From Epithemia pelagica (Eukaryota; Protista; Bacillariophyta): a stretch of 64,000 bases of DNA. This document shows, piece by piece, positions 53,677-64,000 of the stretch. The notes beneath the pieces are model-generated. The model had not been told where the DNA came from and searched no databases. It saw only the letters and a program-made list of their open reading frames with translations. The position numbers were made by a program, and so were the translations under genes. Position 1 is the first letter of the stretch, and every line of letters begins with the position of its first letter. Location: NCBI GenBank assembly GCA_946965045.2, contig OX337234.1:2604001-2668000 (forward strand), read 5' to 3'.

Positions 53677-54131
53677 GGTGGATGGTATGTGTCGAAAAGG
53701 AAAGTGAGGTGGTACGAAGCAACAGAAATTAATGGTGGAGGAACGATGAGGAAGCTACGCTAAGATATGAGGAGTTTATCAATCCGTGACTGACTTCGAC
53801 AAATCACGTAGGTGCAAACTGTGCACTCATTTGTTCGGACAAATGACCGCAATGCAACCATTTGTCGTTTGCACTCAAATGTTGTGTAACAGCCCTCAGT
53901 TCTGCTAGGTCTAGCTAGCATACAGACTCCCGACGCCCCGCGATAATGTGTGTAACGTGTTTTCTAGGAGTAGGAGTACGTGGAGAAAGCACGCTAGGTA
54001 GACTACCAGAACACACAAATTCCAACCGAGAAATTTCGTCGTCGATATCTGATAGGAGTAGGAGTAGCCATGATATATGAAACACAGACGGAGCTACAAA
54101 GCACAGGGAAAGCTCAAGTGGAAGTGCGACG

Positions 54132-54162
54132 ATGGCAACTACTGCAGGGGCAGAAGAAAGGA

Positions 54163-54221
<59 letters not shown>

Positions 54222-55652
54222 CAATGGACCTTGGAACGGTTTCGTTTTAAGGCTCCCGAGGAAAAAGGACATTCGTTCGGCGCAGGGAACGGTTTCGGGC
54301 CTTTCGTTATCGAGAGGTTCCCACTCCGTCGCGAAATCTTGAACTCCGCTAATCCGGATCGTTCGTATCATATCAGCGGTTGCAAGGGGGCCGGAAAGAC
54401 TATCCTCTTGAAATTAATTGGACTGGACCTACTCGGAAAGGCAAAGTCGGTCTATTTTTTCAAAAATTCCAACGACATTGATCTTGTTCGATTCGATATT
54501 GAAAAAGTCATCGCTAGCAAGGAAGAGGCGTACTTCCTCATCGATGAGACGCAATCGAACGTGGGTTCGACCGTATTTACGCTTTTGCTGAAGAATGATG
54601 TCCATCACCGCGTCACAACAATCGGGGCGGGTGTTCCTGCCTTTCAATCCCTTTCTTCCGCTTTTACACGGGAAATCACGACGAATCGATTGTTCTTAAC
54701 GGAGTCTGAACTAGCCGCTGAGGGAGTGACGGCTTTCTTCGTTGGTGACACGTTCGACAACACAATTCGCTCTCAAGTCGAATTACTGCTTGTGAACATC
54801 CTCACCTTTGTTGGCGGGCACGTGTATCCTCTGATGCGACTTGCCGAGTTGCTTGTACAGCCTGTCAAACAGGGAACTCAAACGGCCAACCTTGCCATCA
54901 CACGCTTGAATTCAAAAAACTTTCGCAACATGGATGACTTTAAGGATCTTTCTTCGAGGATCACTCCATCTTTTGACGACGTCAACATCCGCACAATTTT
55001 TTACCCAAAGAAGCATAGTCTGAGTCCAGAGGTCCTCGAGCTGAAGAGGCGTGGATTTTGCGATGAAAATGGGAAGGTAGTGTCAATGTTGCTCCTCGAT
55101 CTCTACCTCAGTGAGACTGGAGCGGAAGGATCTGCTACGCCTCTTACAGCTCTTCAGGCTGGTGTGTCTGGTGTTCAAGATCTTCTGTGTTGGGGTGCGC
55201 CAAGGATGGATTGGTCTTCCTACAACGAACGCGGAGGGGCGGTCAAAGATGCGCTGACATTCGAACTGTTGCATGAATTAGCATGCGTTGAGCCACTTGG
55301 AGTGATGCTGTTCAACCCAAAGCTTGTCATGGCTAGAACGGCATCTCGCAGACCTGATATTTACTTTGACTCTACTGTTCATTGCTACGTGGAGTGCGTG
55401 CTGACCAAAGCAAACACTGCGACCGCACGAAAGGATGTGGAGACGCACATTTTGCGCTTTTATCCCGGAAGCAATCAAAAGGCACACTATGAAATCCAAG
55501 AGGCTGATTTTGCAATATTGCACTATCAAGATTGGGGAAATGCTCCTATGCAGTTGGAGGAGACAACTTGTGCACAGTGCTTCAACGAGAGAGTCTTTAC
55601 TTTCTTGATGACAACGAAACAACTCTATCTGGGAAACATGCTTATTTCTTGA
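54132..55652 (+). CDS. Crinkler/RHS-type NTPase + REase-fold protein with N-terminal (TA)n repeat
   Basis: Walker A SGCKGAGKT, Walker B YFLIDE, GGHVYP; C-terminal RRPDIYF...YVECVL. Confidence 0.7.
54163..54221 (+). repeat. (CAACGG)9+ microsatellite encoding Thr-Ala repeats
   Basis: Direct reading of the sequence. Confidence 0.95.
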
Positions 55653-55967
55653 TGGGGTGACAGACTAGTCAATAGTAGAGGAGGTCTAAGGGGGGCACGA
55701 ACTTGAAAAACCTTGGTATTGTTGCCGTTGCCGTGATCACGACGATACGGGTACCGATATCATCAATCATGGTCAATGGTATGCTCTTTCACATCAATGA
55801 TGTCCATAGCGTCAGTCGATGTACTGTACTCTATATTTGTTCTTTAGCACATCGTGGTAATAGATCGGCGATGCGCAATACAAAATCAAGTATTGATTGT
55901 CCAGATCAATCTCGTAGTGGATCAACAACGTCCTGACTCTCCTTCTTGGCCTGTCAGTTCTATTGCT

Positions 55968-56087
55968 CTTAGCTTAAGAATAGCCTATTTGCGAATCCAA
56001 CTATCCGTATCAACAAGTCGAAGTAGCTTACAATATGCATCGGCAATAATGCCTTGGTTGACGAGACCTCAGGTCTGATGTGTCTAA
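55968..56087 (+). repeat. Diverged ~120-bp direct repeat, copy B (contains the empty Ginger target site)
   Basis: Aligns to 45531-45631 + 53892-53910. Confidence 0.85.
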
Positions 56088-56170
56088 TTCAAAGCAAAGA
56101 GCATACTGTGGTCGATTCAAGTTCTTCGACCTTGGAGGCAGAAGCTGGACTGCTCTAGCGTTCTCGACTC

Positions 56171-59100
56171 TTACTTTTCCTCTTCGTCGGGCAATTCTGA
56201 CTGCAACTGCCCGAACCAAATCGACTGCATGTCTCCGAAAGAGTTTACGACTCGACCATAGCCTCGTGGTTGAGAGTCGTGTTGAACCGTTCGCAGATTC
56301 GCAATCCCTTTCTCCACCACAGTCTTTATCTGTTGTCGTGGCATGGGAGAAGCATTTTCCATAAACACATTGACATCCACGTGAATACGACCGTCCCAAC
56401 TAGCGACAACAGCGCCGCCTTTAACAAAGGCCACCAAGAGACACCCATCTCCCAGGTGAGTAGTTCTCACCGATGAAGCGTCGATGGTTTGTTCCCTCGG
56501 CCCCAATGTCCGGAGAATGTCTTGGATGACTGTTTCGAGATCAGAACATGACATGGCCGGAAGCTCGGGGATAAGTGGTCTCTCGGTAGCCCGAAATAGG
56601 TCACTGCGATGAGCAGGGAAGACCGTACCGTCTGTGATCTCCAGTACCATATACATGTCGTTATCCTTCACCTCCACAACCATGGCTTGAGTGTATCGCG
56701 CTTCGTCTTCCTTCCGCAAAACATGCTCACCAAAATTGAGGGGCTCAACAGCAGTGTAGTCATCAATTATTCGTATGCGAGAACGGTTCATTATGAACCG
56801 CTCCCGATCAATATCCGCCCTAAGCTCGTAGTTTCCACTTCTCTTTTCTGCTATTACTCGACCAGGAGTCCAAATGCCAGATAACGTGGCGACACGGACA
56901 TTCATCATCACATGATCCCCCGTTTTTATTACGAGCGACGGAATGACTTCGAACTGATAGATGTTTTGTTGACCCAAAGGTCTCTGTCCCATCCACTGTT
57001 CCGTCGCCGATTCCAAGTTGTATTCCTCTTTCATGGTAACCTTTTCGGGAATAAAGCCTGGGAGATGATTCATTAATCCATCTTTTAATCGAACGACTTC
57101 ATAGTTGATCGATGAAGATTGTTGAATCTTAGCTAGACAGTCCAGTAGACGTGCATGGTAGTTCTTGTCCCCAAAATGAAGCAATTCAACTTCCAGCATT
57201 CCTTCCCCACTCTTAAAAAGAACATTCGAAAGGAAAACAGGATTGTATAGTAGCATTTCTATTCGGAATCGTTCCAAAAGTTCGTGTCTCCAAGATGCTT
57301 CCTCTTGCTCTTCAATTGGGACTAACACAAGGAAACTTTCAGAGAGCAGCTGCCCACGCGTTAAGGTGTTGTTGAAGACCTTATGAACAAGTTGACCCAT
57401 TGCCAATGGAGCTTTGGGATCAACCACAATTCCACCTATCTTTCCCGTCACTGTTGCAGCTTGAAGACTCTGTCGAACTTGTTGTTCACAGGCCACCATC
57501 TCCAGATTTTCCGATGCTCCCAGGTCACCCCCTTGTGGTAAAATGGGACATGCACGAATGGGAAATACTTTAGTGTTTGAGTCGTTTGGCTCTGAAAACG
57601 TGTCAAGGCTTTTACAGAGTACCGACTCGTCAGGGCAGATAACTGCCACATTCGCGGCAGATTCATGCGACAAAGAAGACGTCATCTCCCGCAGAACAGC
57701 ATCATACTTTTGTCTCGACAACAATCCCGATGAAGCTGGCTCCTCAACTGTCAGATCATCTTGTCGGAGACTTGACCCTCCTTGTTTGTGTTTGTTCAAT
57801 GACAGTCCAAACATTCCACCAGTGGTTATTTGAAACGACGAGGTGGATCTCTCCAAATCCCCACCAACAGCCGCAACAAGTTGGGCGGCTACGCTTTGAT
57901 GTTTGTCAATATTGTTCCAAAGCTGCAGGTCAAAAGCACAGTAGTTGTGTTCAGGCCATATTCTCGCAACCACATACCCCTCCTGAAGAACATGAACAAA
58001 AGACTGGAAGCTCTCTGACTTTGAAGTTTCGGTAGAGAGTTCGGTCAGACCACTGTCACGAATTGCAATGCTAATGGCGTTCATGAACGTGGAGGAATCC
58101 TTTGCCGATGAGTCAATATCTTCTGCCTCAATCACAACGAGAACACCGTAGCGACCCTTGTCCCCGGATGTTTCTTCAGAATTTTCTTCCTGCGCGGTAG
58201 GCGGTGATTTCGGAACGCGACGTTTGTTCTTGCTCATTCCACTCCAAATGGAAGTATGGTTCGACTCATCGACATTGAAGTAGATTGTATCAATCTTGTG
58301 ATCTATTCTCTCCTTTTTCGTAAAGTCAATGCCGTTGCTTCCCATGGTGAATGATTGCTGGCAAATATAAGGAACGCCCGTGACCGCATATTCCAGGGTA
58401 TGTTCTGCAAAGTCAACGACTGTGTGGCTCACAAAGTCTTCTTGGCGGACAAGAATCCCATCCGGTTTCAACAGCTTCATCATGTAGTCGGCTAGTAAGA
58501 CACCCTCCACCCGAAGCGTGTCGAAAATGGTCGCCAAGAGATCAATGAACACCAAATCAAAGGTCCCGAAGTACTCTTCCGGAAGTAATGCTAGACTTTT
58601 GGACGCATCCCCGAACCACCATTTGACCCTACGGTCGTCAAAGTACGGCTGTACGCCGTACATTCGGAAAGAACTACGAACGACCGTTTGATCCAACTCC
58701 AACCCTGAAACAAATAGAAACTCGCGTAAGACAGGTAATACAGTGGCAGTTCGATCATAAAGCCAACATAATATACGTACCGACAACCAACTCCAAGGAA
58801 GGGTATTTGAGAATTTCATGGAGAATGATCAAGTCCCCACCACCGACAAAAAGAACCCGTTTGACCTCATCCAAGAAACTGGATGGATAATGCATAATGG
58901 GTTCATGGACCTGAGGTCGGATGGAGGTACACGAATGCAAAATGTCATCCAGCAACAAACAGGTATCTAGTTTCTGGCTGTTTGGGTTGACAATCTGGGC
59001 CCATTCAATCGCTTGATAATGGGACCTAGTGGAATCAAAAATATCGCTGCCTGATACAGGATTAGAACACGAAAAATGGACCCCCGTATTGTAGTCAAGA

Positions 59101-60478
59101 GTATCTGGCCGAAATCCAAGGTCATCGTAACGATCAGCTTCAATCTGACAGGTACCCTCTGACGAGAAAAGCAAAGATGAAGGTGAGTAACCCGACTTCG
59201 AACCAGCAAGGAACAAATTGGGACCGACTCACCGCTTTGTTCTGCTTCTGTTTGATCCTCAGACGCTGGTGCCCCACAGGTTAGGGAAAGTTCATCCTCA
59301 TATGGATCGCCATGTGCCCAAATAATTGCCTGTTCCAAATCAGTGATCAAGGCTTCCTGAAAGGCTTGGGTCCTTTCCCTTTCACTTTGATCTGGTACAT
59401 CGGCATCTGTGACATGAAACGTTTTCAACCGCTTGACTTGCGAATGGAACCAATTTACCTGATAACGGTTTGGTTCTCCTGCCATCCAAGTGACATGATA
59501 CTTTTCGTCACTCGTTTTGTCAATCTCAAAAAAGAGAGCAGCAACGTCGTACTTTGATCCATAGATATGTCCCTCATAACCAGTTTGAAATACCCATCGA
59601 CGAGGATAGGGTTGAACCTTTCCAAACAGGTTAAAGTAGGAGGCAGCGGAATCGTAGGATGTGTACAAGGATTCTCCTCGTGGAATTTTTCGAGTAGCTA
59701 CGACACCCACTGATTCGCTGTCAACCGTGTTGGATAACTCGCCTGATTCATCCACCATAATATTGGCTCGTTCCGGATTGCGTTCTACGAGATCATAGAT
59801 GGGAATCAGAAGCTTATTCCATCCTCGATTCGCAATCGTAGTCAACGCTTGAGGCAATAGGTGTGAAGCCTCTTCCCCTTCCAAAATCTCCGACAAGGTT
59901 TCATCACGACATTGTATCAATGCCGTTCCAAGGTCACCAAAAGGTGTTGGTTCCAGCTCTGGCCCTACCAGGCTACGAACCCATCTCTTGCCTTCCGTCG
60001 ACCAGTCTATTGTGACAGGCTCTGCATCTCCAATCATGTGAGAATAGTCCAGCAAAAATTGGGTATAGGGATAAAACGACGATTCTTCCTCCAGAATATG
60101 TTCCATAGCAACATGCCACGCCGTGTCACAAACGTTCAAAAATTCGATCGAACCGTGGCCTAGAAATACCGTATCAGCGGGAACGGTGAGTAAGACTTGA
60201 CCGGGTGCAATATCCTCCAAGGCAATGAGTCCATCGTCACCAAATCCAATGTTGCGATTTATATATCCACCTTCTCGTTTCAGCCATTCAAACAAGTACT
60301 CCGGCTTAAAGACGATGCGTTCCTCGTCCGATCCTTCTTCCTCGACCTCCGCAGATTCGTTATCAATTTCCTCCGTTTCTTTCGGAGTTTCTTGCGCATG
60401 GGCCGAAGGGACCGACGAGGCAATCAACAAGGACGTGAGTACCAAACCAAACGACCATGGCTCGATAACCTTCCACAT
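56171..60478 (-). CDS. Multidomain SET-like + aminopropyltransferase (spermidine synthase) + AdoMetDC-like + Tudor-like fusion, long-chain-polyamine synthesis type; exons 60478-59233, 59158-58781, 58704-56171 (1385 aa)
   Basis: Signal peptide; WLKREGG...GLIALEDI, VVATRKIPRGESLYTSY; HEPIMH...VLFVGGGD...ELDQTVV...FGDA...FDLVFID; EGYVVARIWPEHNYCAFD; both GT-AG introns restore the frame. Confidence 0.85.
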
Positions 60479-60873
60479 TCTCTCTCGTTTCTCCCTCGCT
60501 TTCCTTGATGTGAATATTCTGTGACAAAATTGAGGTGGCTTATGATGAGGCCAATCCTTTAGCTCAACAAAACCAATCCGTGCGGGATTTGGTTTTGGAA
60601 ATTGTGCCTAACGCCGTCCTTACGCATTCGCAAAACAAATCCAAAAGACCGCGCCTTTTCGAATCCTGTCCCCCATCCTCCCCCACCCTTCACTTAGAAA
60701 AATTGAATACTAAAACTTTTGGGTACTAAGGAAGCGCAAGGATACCGTTGAAGTCGAACGCCCGTCCATCATGTGTCACGCCCGCCCACCATGTCGAACG
60801 CCCGCCTGACATATTCGAAACTGTAGGCAGCCTCTACACTAGCATAAGTAAAACACTATCCCTAATGAATTTC

Positions 60874-60925
60874 CTGGATTTGTTCGAACAAATCCAGAGT
60901 TCTGGATTGGTTGGAACAAATCCGG
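60874..60925. promoter_or_regulatory. Two tandem 24-bp palindromes (one perfect, one imperfect), 28-bp period
   Basis: ctggatttgttc|gaacaaatccag at 60874-60897; ctggattggttg|gaacaaatccgg at 60902-60925. Confidence 0.5.
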
Positions 60926-61479
60926 AAATGCTCTTTTACCCGGATATATGACGTCAACGTGACGCAAAATGCTGACGTGCACGAAATTTTGATTTGGTTT
61001 TGCGAGCTAAAGGATTGGCCTGAAGACTCCGTTCCGCTTTCCACCACACAACAACAACAACAACAACGACGACGCAACTACACTCCTCTAAGAGTCATGT
61101 GGTCGACATTCACTGTGTTCGTGTGATGAGCAACCAAAGCGTGCCCCAAACGAATGACATTCCTAACAAAAAAAACTGTGATCCTCAAACAAGACTCGTC
61201 ACTCGTGGCGACTGGGAAGCTATATCGTGGTTAACGTCTGTACGTCGATAACCCGAGTCAGACCCATTCCCATTCCCGTTTGCGATATGCGACTGAGAAA
61301 TCGCACGGGACTCGCCCGATGAGTTCTTGCACAAAAACTCGAAATGGGTGCCATTTCCTGCAAAATGAACGACGAGCAGGTTGTCCTTAATGGCAATGTT
61401 AAAAGCAGCAAGGAACAGGCAAACAAAAACCAAAATCGGACTGCCGCAACAGGATTAACCGGCACAACTCGGTAACACA

Positions 61480-62316
61480 GTGAGCACTCTACTTCCATCG
61501 AGCTCGCCCCATCAGTTCAATTCTTACTGTTCATACAAACTACTTGAGATGATGGCCCAGACCCAGCTGCAGTTTAGCGACAAAGTGACGTTGGACTTGA
61601 CGAACAACTTCCTGCGGGGAGACGAGCACCGTTTTCTTCCCACCGTCGGCGAGACTTTGAGCCTTTCCTTCCTGCGTGAGGCGTTGCGTCCAAAGGACAC
61701 CAGTGGCAATTTCGTCGAAGTCCACGCAGCAGGCTGAGCTCTCACTTTCCCAGTCGGACTGTAGATCAACGAATGACCACGTGGATTCACTGCGTTCCAT
61801 GTTCAGGGTGCCTGGCAGATCAACTGACAGTGTCAGCTTACATGTCGACTCAAGTTACATGCTCAGGAAACTCAGGACAAAAATAAGCGGTGAGGAGCTA
61901 TTCCACAGCTACAAGAAGGCCGAACGAGAAAAGAACAAGGGTGCCCAAGCAAGCTACTTTGAAGAAATTCTTCACTGGTCTTCTGCCAAGATGGTATGTC
62001 CCCGTCGATACTCGGATCCGTGCATGCGGAGGGCTCTGGTACGGAAGGTGTACGGGAGCTATCACAGAAGAATCAGTATTGGATTCCTTCAGTTTCAAAT
62101 TTTGTCAACATCGATTCGGCTGTTGTTGGCAGTGATGATAAGGTGTGGTGCTATCAGTTCACCGTTTCGAGAACCCATACCTTCAAAAAACGAAGAATGA
62201 GGAGTTGCTTTCTCAATCATATTTCGGTCCTGGACAAAACTCAAAAAGTTGTGATTGTGTTTGTTTACCCATTGGGGACAGAGTTTCGGGTACCTGACAC
62301 AGATGGCGAGGTATAG
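61480..62316 (+). pseudogene. Frameshifted remnant of a third Crinkler/RHS-type gene (C-terminal REase part)
   Basis: YWIPSVSNFVNIDSAVV...VWCYQFTVSRTHTF...VIVFVYP in ORF 61996-62316; upstream pieces in other frames (SGNFVEVHAAG*). Confidence 0.55.
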
Positions 62317-62422
62317 AGACTGATGTTTTTGCCATTGACTGCAAGACACTTGAAACTGTATACGCTTCCGTCCAGACCTTGACGAATAGAGTAGCGGTGA
62401 ACTAAGGGTAATTTTGAAAATC

Positions 62423-62454
62423 CAAACAAACAAACAAACAAACAAACAAACAAA
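62423..62454 (+). repeat. (CAAA)n microsatellite
   Basis: Direct reading of the sequence. Confidence 0.9.
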
Positions 62455-62961
62455 TAAACGAAGAACCAGGAGACAGATCAATCGAAGCACAATATGACGA
62501 GGCCACTATCGACAGTGGCATTTCTTGGAGTTTCTGAATCTGTGTAGCTAGTACCGATGTCCTGTTCAACTGGAGCGGTACCTGGATTGAGTCGACTTGG
62601 TTGATACTGCAATCTAGGCGTCAACGCTCAACTCGAACTTATCCACTCTGAACCAGCACTTGCGTTGTCTATGTTATATTTAGGAACAAACAAGAAAGTG
62701 AAAAGCAAACTCATCTCTGAATACTACTGTGAAAGAGGGTACAAATGGATTATCATTCCCATAATGACAGTTCAAGAAATGAAGGCCTGGGATGGTTGTA
62801 TTGTAGTCCTTATCAGCCCCCGTAGGTAGCTATTCATTAGCCTGTAGACTCCGTCGGCGCCTTGTCCTTTCTGGATCGGCGAATCTTATCTACCCCGATC
62901 CATGTGTCCAAGGTTGTACGAAACAAATCCCATTTGAGAACTTTTTCTAACGTCTAACCGT

Positions 62962-64000
62962 CTACGACGGTGAGGATGAGTTTTCCGTTCTTGCCGTCAG
63001 GCGCTTTTTCAGTGCATGAGCCCAGGCCTTCCCATCTTGCTGGTACACGCACATGTAACAATCTTCAATGCACAAATGTGCCAACCCAAGAACGTCAAAG
63101 TCGGAGGGATCCGATCCAAAATTGTCGGTAAGCTCGATACTCACATATTCGATTCCCATAAAACCAAAGGTGATCATGGCGATCACCATCATGGCAAACA
63201 AGGGGAAATGTGCTCCTTGAGCCTTGTCCGTGTCGTAATTTTCATGAGCAATGGCCAAGGGAAGAGTAAACAGCCATGCATACAAAAAGACTTCGTTCAT
63301 TTGTACCAATGGAAATGGAATGGGTGTAATGACCAGTTTGAACAAACCGGAAATGGATTCCAACATATCCGATAGCAGTTGCAAAAAGCGCAGTTCGCTA
63401 ATCAGGTCTACTGGCTTGTGAAACCAGGACCCGTCCCGGTGCTTCATGAGATCTGCTCGCACGTTGAAGGCCAACACATAGGGTGCTCGACACATTTCTT
63501 CCATTTCTTTACGTTCGTCGTCCTGGACATGAGCCAAACGAGCCTTGAACAAACCAGCGCTACTGCCATTACTTGTTATCTCAAAAAGGTCGTCATCATA
63601 CTCGTTACCATCCTGCATGCGTCGCATGGACCGATGGGAACGGACATGGTCTTGTTTGACAACATCATGGAACGAGCAAATGGTACTTTCTTCTTCAAAT
63701 TCCAAGGCAACTTCAGGCAATCGCCATGGATGTTGGGAGGGATTGGATCGAAATTGAAGGACCGCCACGGCCACACGCAAGACAATCAAGGCTCCAAAGG
63801 CCACATCTTGTCGCCATTGTTTGGCTCGTCGGCTGGTTTCTTGCGCTGTCACGAGACAGGCCGTGGCGACCAAATCACGACAGGATCTCAAGAGTTTGTG
63901 CAAGTGCATGGAATTTTCCATGTACCGACGCAAGGTAATGGATAACCGAGAGACGAGGAGAAATGCCATCAAGGTGGAGGCATATTTATGACCCGAAGGA
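62962..64000 (-). CDS. Bestrophin-like (UPF0187) channel, 5' part outside the window
   Basis: Frame open to the window edge (GHKYASTLMAFLLVSR...RRYME); TPIPFPLVQM, WLFTLP, FGFMGIEYVSIELTDNFGSDPSDF. Confidence 0.8.
   Translation of the reverse strand, partial: PSGHKYASTLMAFLLVSRLSITLRRYMENSMHLHKLLRSCRDLVATACLVTAQETSRRAKQWRQDVAFGALIVLRVAVAVLQFRSNPSQHPWRLPEVALEFEEESTICSFHDVVKQDHVRSHRSMRRMQDGNEYDDDLFEITSNGSSAGLFKARLAHVQDDERKEMEEMCRAPYVLAFNVRADLMKHRDGSWFHKPVDLISELRFLQLLSDMLESISGLFKLVITPIPFPLVQMNEVFLYAWLFTLPLAIAHENYDTDKAQGAHFPLFAMMVIAMITFGFMGIEYVSIELTDNFGSDPSDFDVLGLAHLCIEDCYMCVYQQDGKAWAHALKKRLTARTENSSSPS

Larger units (their letters stand above)
45632..53891 (+). mobile_element. Ginger-like (retroviral-integrase-type DDE) DNA transposon, 8260 bp, carrying a TET/JBP-like dioxygenase
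   Basis: Termini TGTTACCCAACTTTT / reverse complement TGTTACACAACATTT; 4-bp TSD GACC (45628-45631) / GCCC (53892-53895); empty site GAGACC|TCAGGTCTG at 56063-56077. Confidence 0.85.

Noticed and set aside
45632-53891. Polinton/Maverick or LTR-retrotransposon interpretation of the integrase element
   Set aside because: No protein-primed polymerase, capsid, packaging ATPase, RT or LTRs; only 8 kb; the TSD is 4 bp with TGT...ACA ends.
53965-54066. taggagtaggagta twice upstream of the Crinkler-like gene (prokaryotic RBS-like)
   Set aside because: Eukaryotic context and not spaced to the likely ATG (54132); may be a trivial local duplication.
55719-55735. tgttgccgttgccgt downstream of the Crinkler-like gene, complementary to its 5' (CAACGG)n repeat
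   Set aside because: Only ~15 nt of a simple repeat; chance occurrence is likely.
1-64000. tRNA, rRNA, telomeric repeats, or a prokaryotic/viral origin for the window
   Set aside because: No such sequences recognised; spliceosomal introns and SELMA/NSA1 genes indicate a eukaryotic nuclear chromosome.

Overview
Eukaryotic nuclear DNA, almost certainly from a diatom or related ochrophyte. Support: short GT-AG introns, a signal-peptide-bearing Derlin of the SELMA/sDer1 type, a SET/spermidine-synthase/AdoMetDC fusion of the long-chain-polyamine type, and a bestrophin-like gene. About 60% of the window is mobile DNA: a 275-bp tandem array and a 1.4-kb MITE at the left, a decayed two-ORF CRE-like non-LTR retrotransposon (~5.2-12.1 kb), two copies of a ~10-kb tyrosine-recombinase retrotransposon with split direct repeats (Ngaro-like; 12135-22109 decayed, 34394-44773 apparently intact), and an 8.26-kb Ginger-like DNA transposon (45632-53891). 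The Ginger-like element has TGTTAC...GTAACA ends, a 4-bp TSD, a paralogous empty site at 56060-56078 that fixes its boundaries, and a nested MITE. It encodes an integrase-Ulp1-CXC transposase plus a convergent TET/JBP-like 2OG-Fe(II) dioxygenase cargo gene, which is the strongest candidate for an undescribed system (a transposon carrying its own putative DNA-base-oxidising enzyme). The Ngaro-like element has three unusual features: an in-frame UGA-CUA stop between ORF1 and RT (possible readthrough), an antisense two-ORF cassette coupled by an AUGA/GUGA overlap, and a hydrophobic ORF1 leader starting inside the terminal repeat. Three Crinkler/RHS-type NTPase-REase genes sit among these elements. 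All family calls come from motif recognition by eye; no database searches were run.
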